From Eledone cirrhosa (lineage: Eukaryota), in assembly GCA_964016885.1 (NCBI GenBank), contig OZ024743.1:368652001-368716000 (forward strand): a DNA stretch of 64,000 nt, given 5' to 3'. The notes below the pieces were generated by a model, which did not search any database, was not told the DNA's origin, and saw only the letters and a list, made by a program, of their open reading frames with translations. Of the stretch, positions 24,946-37,529 are shown piece after piece. The position numbers were made by a program, and so were the translations under genes. The first letter of the stretch is position 1. Each line of letters opens with the position of its first letter.

Positions 24946-25167
24946 AATAATAAATGTGTAGACTAAAATCCGAAGAGGGCTTGATAAGGATTATATATAT
25001 CTAAATATATAGAATATGTATAAATATAAAAACCAATAGAGCAAATATTTATTATAAGAACAGATTAAAGTTTAGGCAAAGAATTGCTGCTTTCACCCTT
25101 AACGGGATCTTAAGGGTGAAAGCAGCAATTCTTTCCTTAAACTTTAATCTGTTCTTATAATAAATAT
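24943..25167. mobile_element. Short palindrome (58-bp arms, 7-nt loop) with an unpaired left tail, inside (TA)n
   Basis: 25045-25102 is a near-perfect reverse complement of 25110-25167; loop cgggatc. Confidence 0.65.
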
Positions 25168-25945
25168 ATACATATATATATATGTGTGTGTATATGTTTT
25201 CAATTATGTTTTTGTGTAAGTGCTTTTGAATTACAGTGTTTCAGTATTCATGTACTATATGTATATGTGTGAGTATATATGAGAGAGAAAGAGAGAGAGC
25301 AAGAGAGAGGGGGTGTTTCTGCATTTCAATGTGTATCTTTATGTTTAATCATGTGTGTGTTTGTTTGTTATATATTTGTCTATATGTGTGTCAAAGTGTG
25401 TTATCAAAATGTGTGTAAGTATGCATATGTAAAGGTGAAAATATCTGTAAATATGTAAAGATGAATATATGTGTGTTATGTATAAAGTCATGCATACATA
25501 ACATAAACTAGATTTGTCGGCGATAAGGGATATTACTAGAGTGAAAATGAATGAGAAATTCAGAGAAAATGTTAATGCTTGAAGTGCTTGTTGGTGGCCT
25601 AACACACACAGACACACACATTCATTCACATGTGTTCATACATACACATATGCACATACATGCAAACCCACGGAACACAATTTCTCAAGCAAACACACAC
25701 ACACAAATACACATAAGCACAGACTCATACAACATCCTAGATTTATCAAGCCATATATGCTATTTCCACACATGTAGATTTCATCATGGGAACTACATTA
25801 TACTAATGTATTGAGGTTTAAACAATCACTGTCTGAATGCATCGTATTGCAAGAAGAGAAGTATTCACTTTTAATTCATAAGACTGCCACAGGGCAGCAA
25901 GTTCACACACACACACACACACTCACACACACACACACACACACT

Positions 25946-25976
<31 letters not shown>

Positions 25977-26029
25977 ACACAGAAACATTAGAGGTGCCAT
26001 TACAAATGCTTTCAAGTGTTTACTTTCAT

Positions 26030-26190
26030 CCCAGTTTATGTTCTGAGTCCTAAATCTCATCAGGATCGATTTTACTTTTTGTTACTCTGGGGGGTCGATA
26101 AAATAAGTACCAGTAATATGAGTTATTCAGTGCAGTTGACTGGTAATCCACTGCTACAAAAATTAATTTGGTTGCCAAGTCAAAAGACAG
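26030..26190 (+). mobile_element. Diverged Meta/MESC-type SINE
   Basis: gttctgagtcctaaatc...ggggtcgataaaataagtaccagta. Confidence 0.6.
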
Positions 26191-26930
26191 CTGTTATCAA
26201 ACAAATGATATCGTTTACTTTCCTTATGTATATTTAGTTTTAAAAAAATTCATTATAATATATTTTACTCTACATGTCATAATATATTATATTATACCAT
26301 ATAATGTGATAGTGTCATGCTACACTATACTGTATATAACACCAAAATCATGTCACATATCTCAAGTGGGGACACTCTAACCAACAAGGGAAGCATCCAC
26401 ATAGTCATTCGACCTGCTAGAAATAACAGCTAAATCACCCTCGTGTCACATTCTACTCTTGGGAAAAGGAAAAGACATTGGATAATATTATCCTAGATGC
26501 AATATTCCTGAAAATAAAGAGAGAATAACATGATAATAGATATGTTCAATCAAGTCTGACTTGAAGTTAAGATTACAGCAAAGTACAATTTCTATAGTTT
26601 ACTAAATTTATTCAAAATTTATTCACAAATAAAGTTTTATCTTTATGTAAGGGTTACTATAGATTTTAAGAAGCTGTAAGAAAAATAAAATGAGGTTTTG
26701 ATAAATACTGACCAAAACTTTTCAGCTTGTAACTTTAGCAGGACTTCCTATGGGACAAAAATATTCTTCTCCTTGGAATTAATGCTCTGAAATAGCGATA
26801 TATATGTGAATATAGACATAGAATATTCGAAAATATTCTGTATGTTTATAATAAACATTTTGAAGACCTAATCGCTATAGAATAGAATACGTCACGTATT
26901 ACAATTAGATTCTCGATAAAAGCAAGGGAA

Positions 26931-26973
26931 GTAATCTACGCGTTTCATTCTTGTTAGAAATCTTCAGGACTAC
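26931..26973 (-). ncRNA. Minimal type I hammerhead ribozyme (also 27241-27283, 27551-27593, 27861-27903)
   Basis: Reverse complement of gtagtc-CTGAAGA-tttctaacaagaat-GAAA-CGCG-TA-gattac. Confidence 0.85.
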
Positions 26974-28293
26974 ATATCCAGTGCTTTTATCGAGAATGAC
27001 ACAGCTAGAGACTTATAGAATACTTAGCTGTGTACAGGAACTGGTTTGAAAGAGCGGTTGCCGGTCCGGCAGAAATTAGAAATTGGAATTAATGCTCTGA
27101 AATAGCGATATATATGTGAATATAGACATAGAATATTCGAAAATATTCTGTATGTTTATAATAAACATTTTGAAGACCTAATCGCTATAGAATAGAATAC
27201 GTCACGTATTACAATTAGATTCTCGATAAAAGCAAGGGAAGTAATCTACGCGTTTCATTCTTGTTAAAAATCTTCAGGACTACATATCCAGTGCTTTTAT
27301 CGAGAATGACACAGCTAGAGACTTATAGAATACTTAGCTGTGTACAGGAACTGGTTTGAAAGAGCGGTTGCCGGTCCGGCAGAAATTAGAAATTGGAATT
27401 AATGCTCTGAAATAGCGATATATATGTGAATATAGACATAGAATATTCGAAAATATTCTGTATGTTTATAATAAACATTTTGAAGACCTAATCGCTATAG
27501 AATAGAATACGTCACGTATTACAATTAGATTCTCGATAAAAGCAAGGGAAGTAATCTACGCGTTTCATTCTTGTTAGAAATCTTCAGGACTACATATCCA
27601 GTGCTTTTATCGAGAATGACACAGCTAGAGACTTATAGAATACTTAGCTGTGTACAGGAACTGGTTTGAAAGAGCGGTTGCCGGTCCGGCAGAAATTAGA
27701 AATTGGAATTAATGCTCTGAAATAGCGATATATATGTGAATATAGACATAGAATATTCGAAAATATTCTGTATGTTTATAATAAACATTTTGAAGACCTA
27801 ATCGCTATAGAATAGAATACGTCACGTATTACAATTAGATTCTCGATAAAAGCAAGGGAAGTAATCTACGCGTTTCATTCTTGTTAGAAATCTTCAGGAC
27901 TACATATCCAGTGCTTTTATCGAGAATGACACAGCTAGAGACTTATAGAATACTTAGCTGTGTACAGGAACTGGTTTGAAAGAGCGGTTGCCGGTCCGGC
28001 AGAAATTAGAAATTGGAATTAATGCTCTGAAATAGCGATATATATGTGAATATAGACATAGAATATTCGAAAATATTCTGTATGTTTATAATAAACATTT
28101 TGAAGACCTAAACATACAGAATATTTTCGAATATTCTATGTCTATATTCACATATATATCGCTATTTCAGAGCATTAATTCCAATTTCTAATTTCTGCCG
28201 GACCGGCAACCGCTCTTTCAAACCAGTTCCTGTACACAGCTAAGTATTCTATAAGTCTCTAGCTGTGTCATTCTCGATAAAAGCACTGGATAT

Positions 28294-28336
28294 GTAGTCC
28301 TGAAGATTTCTAACAAGAATGAAACGCGTAGATTAC
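28294..28336 (+). ncRNA. Minimal type I hammerhead ribozyme (also 28604-28646, 28914-28956)
   Basis: Stem I gtagtc/gattac; core CTGAAGA (28300-06); stem II t-TTCT aaca AGAA-t; GAAA; palindromic ACGCGT stem III; GUA cleavage after 28330. Confidence 0.88.
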
Positions 28337-29519
28337 TTCCCTTGCTTTTATCGAGAATCTAATTGTAATACGTGACGTATTCTATTCTATAGCGATTAGG
28401 TCTTCAAAATGTTTATTATAAACATACAGAATATTTTCGAATATTCTATGTCTATATTCACATATATATCGCTATTTCAGAGCATTAATTCCAATTTCTA
28501 ATTTCTGCCGGACCGGCAACCGCTCTTTCAAACCAGTTCCTGTACACAGCTAAGTATTCTATAAGTCTCTAGCTGTGTCATTCTCGATAAAAGCACTGGA
28601 TATGTAGTCCTGAAGATTTCTAACAAGAATGAAACGCGTAGATTACTTCCCTTGCTTTTATCGAGAATCTAATTGTAATACGTGACGTATTCTATTCTAT
28701 AGCGATTAGGTCTTCAAAATGTTTATTATAAACATACAGAATATTTTCGAATATTCTATGTCTATATTCACATATATATCGCTATTTCAGAGCATTAATT
28801 CCAATTTCTAATTTCTGCCGGACCGGCAACCGCTCTTTCAAACCAGTTCCTGTACACAGCTAAGTATTCTATAAGTCTCTAGCTGTGTCATTCTCGATAA
28901 AAGCACTGGATATGTAGTCCTGAAGATTTCTAACAAGAATGAAACGCGTAGATTACTTCCCTTGCTTTTATCGAGAATCTAATTGTAATACGTGACGTAT
29001 TCTATTCTATAGCGATTAGGTCTTCAAAATGTTTATTATAAACATACAGAATATTTTCGAATATTCTATGTCTATATTCTTCTCCTTGTTGTGTAAATAC
29101 AATGGATACTACATATATGTATATCATACTAATACAACACAACATCACATCAGACGTTCTCTCTGTTTTTGATTTGGGGTGAGGTGGGGGGGGGGGGGGT
29201 AATCTATCCCAATCAATGGGAAAACGCTTTCCATTCTCCAGAACGCTTTCCATTCTGGAGAGAACAGAATTCAATGTGTATTGTTTCGTATTTATTTTCA
29301 TGTAATGGGGTGGCAAACTGAGTGAGTGGTTTGGGATCACACAAGTTCTAGCTACACCACTACTAACACCTACCATCCTTCATCCCTCACTTTTGGTGAC
29401 ATGAACCTTAGCTCCACCATTACTAACATCCATCATCCATCACTCCTCATTTCTAACATCTCAACTGTGATGACAACAATGACCATCTAGTATGGTTTCT
29501 GTGGAAGCAGACTTACTGA

Positions 29520-29870
29520 ATACTTGTCTTCTTCGTTCACTAATTCTTGGGAGAGTCATGGGGGCAAAATCCCCAAACACACCTTCCAGTCAGTAGCACC
29601 CATTTCCAATTGATCCAGCTGCACCCCCAAGCTAGACAAGCCAAGCTGTAGATATTGTCCATCCATCTTGTTCATGGTCTACCCCTGGGTCTCCTGCAAA
29701 TTTGTTTTGCACATAAAATCTGTTTAGCAATCCTTTCCTTAGACATTCTAGCCACATGTCTGTAATATCGGAGCAGTGATCTCTCAATTTGGAGGATTAG
29801 TGGCTCTACCTGTAGCAACTCCCTGATCTTCAAGCCTTGCACTTTTCTTATATTCCATATATTCACTTAC
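29520..29870 (-). pseudogene. Old RTE-clade LINE 3' fragment
   Basis: ORF 29672-29866: IRELLQVEPLILQIERSLLRYYRHVARM...RRPRGRP. Confidence 0.75.
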
Positions 29871-31404
29871 TTTTGTGAATATTTGTTTCCTTGTCAATAG
29901 CAAAATCTTTAGCATTTTTGATATCCACACACTTTAAATTGCCTCTGATTCTCATATAAAATTTCTCATTTTAAAATAATCATATGTGATTCGAGACCTC
30001 TTGAAGTAAATTAATATAAGACCCATTTTGTTAAGTTACTCATTTCTCTAAATTCATTTAAGTTCTTGATTATTTTCAAAATGAACAGTGTGCTGAATAT
30101 TTTTTGTACAAGTCTATTTTGCAAGCATTACAAACGTTTAATTGAATTTTTTAATTTTTTATAAATAACTTTTTCTAAAAGCAATGTACTATATAAATAA
30201 ATCTCTCTTAGTTTTGACCATCAGTATTCTAGTTATTTGATCAACTGAACTACTGTATTAAATTTGTATGTGGTGATAACAATTTTGTATACTGTGTGTG
30301 TGCATGTGTGAGATCTATATTTACTACACTGTTTAAAAGTTAGTCTACCTTGTGGAAACATGAAGGCAGTACATTTTCATAAGAAGTATAGTTATGAAAG
30401 ATTTAAACATGCAGTTGTCCATCAAGCTAGAAATAACAGTCAAATCTTCATATTATGCCCCTATCATTAATTAATATGGTTCTAGATATCCTCAGTCTGA
30501 AATGGTTAAATAAAAACAGCCACAACAATAACAATATCAAGAACCATATAAGACAGTAGAACTTACTAGTTAAGTAACTCATCTATAGACCATCTCTTAT
30601 CTTTTAGCTTAAGAAATTTCTCGTCAGACAACCCATTGCAGCATTGATCTACACCTAATTAAATCAGGTGTACACAGGCCTGAATTAGCCATTAAACATT
30701 ATAAACATAAGTTTAAGGTATTAAAGGAAGAGGGGCACTATTTGATTCAAATTAAATGTATTTGTCATTCCCACCAATTTTTTTACTTTTTTATTTGCAG
30801 ACTTTATATATGAGAGACCATGCAACACATTGGCAATAATTAAAATGCTGGATAGAATGCTTTGTGGTATTCATTCCAGCTCTCTGTGCTCTCTGAGTTC
30901 AAATCTTGCTGTGGTTTACTTTGCTTATCATCCTTTTGAGGTTGATATTTAAAGTACCAGTCATATGTTGTTGAGATTGATATTTTCTGTTTTAACATTT
31001 TTTATTTAAATAATTTGCCTAAAATCATCGCTAGTTCTAGGATACTAAGCTGTTTCTTTTAAAGTGTTTATTTTTTTCTGAAACCCTTCTATCACAATAT
31101 TTTGAAAGAACCTTTGTAAAGTTATTTCTCTTAACACCAGATAAATAATGAAAAAGTTGGTTATGTTACTGAATCTTTCAAAATTCTTGATTATTTTGAA
31201 AATGATTTGAATATTATAAGCAGCTTCTTTCATTAGAAATACAGCAACAAAAGAGTTAAAAGTATTGCATGATATCTAGAAGGAATAACTGTTTGAATTA
31301 TTTAATTTAAACAGTGGAAAAATTGAAAATGCCTTTAGTTGTATATTGTGTGTTGAAGAATATGGAAACTATTTCATCTGTGTCTTGGAGTAACCATTGA
31401 AAAA

Positions 31405-31612
31405 GTAATGATTAGGCACAAGGCCAGTAATTTTGGGGAAGGAGAAAGTCAATTAAATCGACCCCACTGCATTACTGATACTTTATTTTATCAACCCTGT
31501 AAGGATGAAAGGCAAAGTTAACCTCGGCGGATTTGAACTCAGATCATAAAGGGCTCTCTCTGCTGAAAGGATGGCATCCAACCCTCTACCAATACTGCCA
31601 ATCCACTGCCCT
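31405..31612 (-). mobile_element. Meta/MESC-type tRNA SINE
   Basis: aggatgaaaggcaaagttaacctcggcggatttgaactcag...ctaccaatactgccaatccactgcc; similar to 50098-50283. Confidence 0.75.
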
Positions 31613-32486
31613 TTGAGAAAACAATGCCACAAAATTTTTTTATAAGATAATGACATTTGGCAGTGAAGCATAAAAATATTCTGTTAAAAATTATAAGAAT
31701 AGTCCATACCTTCTCCTTGCTTCTTTATTTTAGTCTTATATATTCTCAGTGTTGCTTTATGTCCTTCATTTCGGTTTTATTATTTCCTCCTTTATTTCTC
31801 TTTTCTTCTTCTCTTTTATTTTTTCATTTAATGTGTTTAGCATTTTTCATTACTTGCTTTCTAACACCATTACACCCCACATTCTCCATTTCTCTCTTTC
31901 CTCTTTCTCTCATGCACAGAGTGTTTCTGATTACTCTCATCTGTTATACCGTGCTTACCAAAAAAGAATTTCACCTCTTCAACTACCATTTCATTCTTTC
32001 AAACCTGAATAGATTACCAAAGTAACTTTCTTTAAAAATAATCATTTAGTTATACAGTAGTTTTTCTCCTTAACCATTTACTTTTCATTCTATATTTCTT
32101 TTCTCGTCATCTTGTTCATTCTATTTCACCTTATTCCTTTCATTAAATCTATCGGCTTCTATGTTACATACGGGGTTATCTGCAGATTTTTTTTTATCTC
32201 TTGAATCTCTATTCTATTTCTTACAAGCGATACTTATAGGCACCTGCCTGAGTAACAAATTAGAATATCTTCAACTAACACTACATTTATTACATCAGGT
32301 TTCATTTTATTACATATTAATCTGATGCACCTGTCTCCATACTCTTTAATTTCCTCTTTTATTTAAAATTTGCTGGAGATTATTTCTTTTGTACTTTCTG
32401 CTACATACACCCATTTAATTTTTGCTGGAAAGTCTTCGTAAAGGCTTTGCTTTTTCACCCTCTCTCTCTCTCTCTCTCTCTTGCTC

Positions 32487-32566
<80 letters not shown>

Positions 32567-32569
<3 letters not shown>

Positions 32570-32862
32570 TCATCATCATCACCATTTTACGTCGATTCTT
32601 CCACGCTAGCATGGGTTAGACGGGTTGTCCTGTTGTGGGCAATGTTAGGTCGGCTGACCTTGTCTTGATCATACGGGAACTGATTCTGGCTTGATTTCTA
32701 CAGCTGGATGCCCTTCCTAACACCAACCTCATTTACAGTGAGTGCTGGGTGCTTTTTTGCCGTGGCACCTCCGCGACCACTTTGCAGTGGAATGATAGGG
32801 ATCCCAGCTGAGTAAACTGGAGCAATGTGAAATAAAGTGTCTTGCTCAAGGAAACAACACCT
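32567..32862 (-). mobile_element. 5'-truncated CORE-SINE with RTE-type tail
   Basis: Reverse complement matches 23350-23560 and ends ...acccatgctagcgtggaagaatcgacgtaaaatgg(tga)n. Confidence 0.75.
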
Positions 32863-32884
32863 ATATATATAAATATATATATAT

Positions 32885-33210
32885 AGAATAAGAAGTAGTT
32901 TCAGATGTTAAATGGGAATGGGCGAAGAACTCAAGAGCACACGCTTTGTCCGTTCCCATGTCGATTCAATTTGGATTGCCTCGAAACATAACCTTATTAT
33001 GTAACAAGCTGTCTGATGATGTCACAGCACTGGGCGCACTGTACCATGTGGCCACTGTCATCATTGAAATATGTATCACAGCATTATTATTATTAAAGGA
33101 CTTTAACATCTGAAACTACTTCGCTTTCTTATTCGATATATACTCCGTCACTCCTATGTGGAAAAAGTACGTTGAGTGCTTGAATTGAATTGCATCAATA
33201 TTTACCTTAA
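32885..33210 (+). mobile_element. PLE-like insert with a hammerhead (33008-33082), short inverted 5' arm and ~75-bp tail
   Basis: gctgt-CTGATGA-...-GAAA-tatgta-TC-acagc; 32885-32912 is inverted relative to 33102-33134; (TA)n on both sides. Confidence 0.65.
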
Positions 33211-33211
33211 G

Positions 33212-33289
<78 letters not shown>

Positions 33290-33370
33290 AAGAACAAACA
33301 ACCTCATTACGCCATGTGTTCTAGACGACTAATGTCGTCCTTTTGTTCCAGCAGTTGCCGAGAGAAAAAT

Positions 33371-33412
33371 AATCTACAATTGTTTCGGGGGTTATTGCCC
33401 CTTATCAAGATT
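33371..33412 (-). ncRNA. Decayed hammerhead
   Basis: aatc-TTGATAA-gggg caataa ccccc-GAAA-caattg-TA-gatt; two core mismatches. Confidence 0.45.
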
Positions 33413-33756
33413 GTGTATTTCCCTCCCATCTGCTACACCCTGCAACTGTTGAGAATAAATAGTATTCTCTAAAGTATACATCAACTGATTAACCTAATTT
33501 GCATACCGAGCGATTTTATGGCTGGCTTTGCTGAAAATTAAAAACAAAATTTGTCTTTGCTCAAACAAGCCTGATACATAAATGCATTCATGAATAAATA
33601 ATAGTAATTGTTTCTACTTTTGGCACAAGGCCAGCAATTACCCAGTACATTACTGGTACTTTATTTTATCGACCCCGTAAGATGAATAAATAATAATAAT
33701 ATTATTGATATTCAATTTGTATGCAAGTATATATGTATTATTATTATTAAATTTGA

Positions 33757-33899
33757 TAACATTGAGAAACACAGGAACAGACATTTCGTTGAGTGAACTC
33801 AACTTATCCAGTCTGTAGCATTTCAATTTTGAAACACTGCAGGTTGAATAAGTTGAGTTTGCTCAATGAAATTTGTATTCCTGCATTTCTCCATGTTAT
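33757..33899. repeat. Imperfect ~143-bp palindrome (MITE-like)
   Basis: ataacattgagaaacacagg...aactcaacttat versus ataagttgagtt...cctgcatttctccatgttat. Confidence 0.7.
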
Positions 33900-34099
33900 G
33901 TCTTCATTGTAGTATCGAATTTAAAAAATATTAAAAACTCATCCCATATCTTTACCAGTAGTACTATTTAGTATTAAAGCTGGAAGAGCGTCCATGTGGA
34001 TTAACCAATTGCCTTATGTCAATGAGAATTCTATTATCAATTAACATGTTTGTCACTCTAGTGATGTTAACCTCTCTTTTTATCTCTCACTGAAGGAAC

Positions 34100-34232
34100 T
34101 AGTCCACACGATTCGTCAGGCTGACAAAGCTGTTATTCTAGGTATCTTCCATGCTAGAGTTGGCAAGGATTATGAAACCTAGGATATGCTTGGAAAACAT
34201 GGAGTAGGAAGGTGCAATAGTAATGGTTTGCT
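34100..34232 (+). pseudogene. RTE/BovB-like APE endonuclease fragment
   Basis: ADKAVILGIFHARVGKDYET*DMLGKHGVGRCNSNGLL. Confidence 0.7.
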
Positions 34233-34247
34233 ATATATATATATATA

Positions 34248-34381
34248 TGTAGAAAACCCGCCAGACAGTCCTATGCGAGCAAGACAACCACTCTTGCCTC
34301 AAGTGGGAAAACCCCCGTCCAAACCCATGCAAGCGTGGAACACGGACGTTAAACGTTGATGATGATGATGATGATGATGAT
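34248..34381 (+). mobile_element. Very short RTE 3' end
   Basis: Nearly identical to ~47070-47203; starts at (TA)n and ends in (gat)n. Confidence 0.9.
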
Positions 34382-34457
34382 AAATAAAATTAGAATTTTA
34401 TTTCTTGCCCTAGCACAGCTGATACATAAATGTAAATATGCATACGTACACACACAC

Positions 34458-34498
<41 letters not shown>

Positions 34499-35095
34499 TA
34501 CATACATATACATATATACATATATACATATGGGTTATATCGAACATTAATAATAATATTCGATTCATTTGTAAACAAACGGCCAGATTAAAGCTGTGCT
34601 GTGCTGATGAAAAATCATCATCCATTTGTTCAAAACTGGCATTGAGAAACAATCATGTTTCTGTGTCATTATCCTTCACCAGTACCTCTGCCAATCTGTT
34701 GAACGGTTGAACAAGAAAGGCCTTTATTCCATTTAGCATTCCATACTTAAGGAAAGTAGATTGTAGATATTATTATAAGAGAGATATGCACTATGATCAA
34801 GCTTTAACTGTCTCACCATTAAAATGGTTTAAGCTTGATCTCTCTGTCTGTCTATCAGTCTGTCTATCTGTCTATCTATCTAGATATCTGGATACATACA
34901 TCCATATATACATATTTTTCCTCCAAGCTTCCAGCCTCCTCTTTCTTCAAACTTTCCTGATGAAGAACTAACATCCAATACATTGAAACATTCTCTTTCC
35001 TTTTCCAACAAACATAAAACTTCTAATATTTTGTATTATTGTATCAGTGTTTGTCTTGTTTATCTTGAAATACACACACACACGTGCACACACGT

Positions 35096-35204
<109 letters not shown>

Positions 35205-35948
35205 GATGGGCTTTGGCAATTCCTATCTACTAAATTTCACTCACAAGCTATTAGTCAACCTGAAGCTATAGTAAATGCCATATGCTGAGAGTGAACCTGA
35301 AACCATATTGTTGTGAAGTGAACTCCTTAACCACACAGCCATGCTTACACCTATTCATTTAAAAACGATATTTATTTCTATCATAATCTTCTAAGAGTAG
35401 GATTAAGACCTCCCATATTATATGTAAACTAAATACAAAGTTACTGCCACTTTTTTTGAAACAAAATAAAAGTCTACAAAAGAAACCAAATTTAATTTCT
35501 TCCAGTTTTTTCTCATATTTCTGGTTGTTTCCATTTCTGTTCATCACCACAATCCTCTTTTTAAACATTACAAAACAATCTTGGCCAAAGTTCAAGTAGA
35601 AAATAGAGAACTGGTTTATTTATCTATTTATTTGTTTATTTAGATAATTTGCAGAACAACATGTGGAGTGTGTGTTCTCATTCTTGGTTACGAAATGATG
35701 TTGAGAAGGTAAAAACGAGGGAGGGTGAGAGGAAGAGTGTTTTAAAAACAAGCTCCATATTCTTTGCTGAAATATTATTCTATGTAGAAAAAATATGCCA
35801 TGTCATGAGATATTCTAGAGATTTAGATGCTACGAATGCGTAGCATGAGATTAGCAACTATATCCACAGAAAATAGCTATAAGATATGCAGAAAAGCAGT
35901 GCCGTGTTTGCTTACTAGATAGATTTCAAATTTAGATGAAATGAATTA

Positions 35949-36531
35949 CCATATATACTTGAATATAAGCTGATTCGAATATAAGCCAACCCCCATATTT
36001 AATGTCTGAAAAATAGGCAAAAATCCAAACCCCATTTATTATAAGCCAAAGAAGCTAAACAACATATTATCATTAAATGGTTTTGAAAATGCAGTTTTGA
36101 AATTCTCACAAATGGAGAATATATCTATGAAGTTTTAATATTTTGATGTTTAAAATGTTTTAAGTGTCATATAGAATATAGTTTTTGTTTCACAACTCCA
36201 CTATGTAATGAAATTTTACCATTTCATCCAAGTTTCAACAAGTTTCTCGAATTTTTGTTTACTTCTGGTCACTTACATGCTGGGAGTAGTTTGAAAGCAA
36301 GAGATCAAATAAGAGAACTTTATATAGGGATTCATAGAGTTGATGAGGGAGGGAGAGACAGAAAGTGAGAGATGGGAGAGGCAGAGCAGGAAAAAGGGAG
36401 GGCAAGAATAAAAAGGGAGAGAGAGTGAGAGCAATAATACACAAGTCAGAAGATTTCAATCTTATATAATATTGAAATAAAAAATATTATTGACTCAGAG
36501 AAAAATAATCAGTGTGCATATGCATGTGTGT

Positions 36532-36568
<37 letters not shown>

Positions 36569-36870
36569 TTTGCATGTGATTGCATGTATGTGTAGGGGGA
36601 GATATTTATGTATTAAAAAGTTCAAATTATAAAACATTTTTGGAAATATTTTCAACAGAATTCATAAATAACACTAATGACAATGTAGTAAATGTAGAAA
36701 AAATGTTTCCTTGTAGAATAATCATTCCAGATATTTTAGCACCTTATTAACATAGAATTTGAAGTTGGTGAAAATCAAAAAAAACTATTGAACTCAAATA
36801 TAAGTGGACCCCCCATTTTACCATCGATTTTTTGTCACATATTTCTTGGCTTATATTCAAGTGTATATGG
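35949..36870. mobile_element. Tc1/mariner (Tc2/pogo-type) MITE
   Basis: TA|ccatatatacttgaatataagc ... gcttatattcaagtgtatatgg|TA: TIRs with a TA TSD. Confidence 0.8.
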
Positions 36871-37529
36871 TATTTTAATAACAACCTCTTTATGAATATT
36901 GTTTCTTTCCTCTTTAATCAATGTGCTACTAGATTTTTAATGAAAAACACTGATTTTCAAATTATTTTGAAAATATTCAAGAAATAGCATGTGTTTAATG
37001 TCATATCTAATTTTCTCATTATTAAGTTGGTGTTTGAAACATAACTTAACAAATGTTCTTACATAAAATTACGTTATTTTTAGATAATTATAAACATTTT
37101 AAAATAAGCAGCCTTATATCATAGATCCAGGGTGATTTCAAGGGATTTATTATCTAAAGAGTTAATTAAAATTACTAGACATATATCCCTGCATGACCTA
37201 AATATTTTGTGTATGTGTGTGTTTGTGTGTGCATACGTATGTGTGCATGTGTACATATGTGTGTGTGTGTATGTGAATGTGCATGTGTGTTTCTGTGTAC
37301 ATGTATAAGTGTGTGTGTGTGTGTGAATGTGTGTACATATGAGGTGGAATGATGATACTACTGAAAAATAAAAACTTCAATTGTTCTGTTTCTGCAATTT
37401 TACTAATACATTAGTAAACTTTTCACAGTCAATTATATTTACTTAAGTTTTGCTAAAATAAAGGCCTAATTACTATTACATAGTTTGTGTCTCACTTTAA
37501 TAGTTTATAAATGATAAACTGCATCTAGC

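Larger units (their letters stand above)
26773..29079. mobile_element. Non-LTR retrozyme-like insertion: inverted tandem array of 310-bp hammerhead-bearing units with a 15-bp TSD
   Basis: Unit starts at 26773, 27083, 27393, 27703, 28013 (partial); inverted copies in register at 28111, 28421, 28731, 29041 (partial). atattcttctccttg occurs at 26761-26775 and 29074-29088. Confidence 0.88.

Noticed and set aside
26773-29079. CRISPR array or ordinary satellite DNA
   Set aside because: Units are identical with no unique spacers and the context is eukaryotic. The TSD, internal inversion and one ribozyme per unit argue against a plain satellite.
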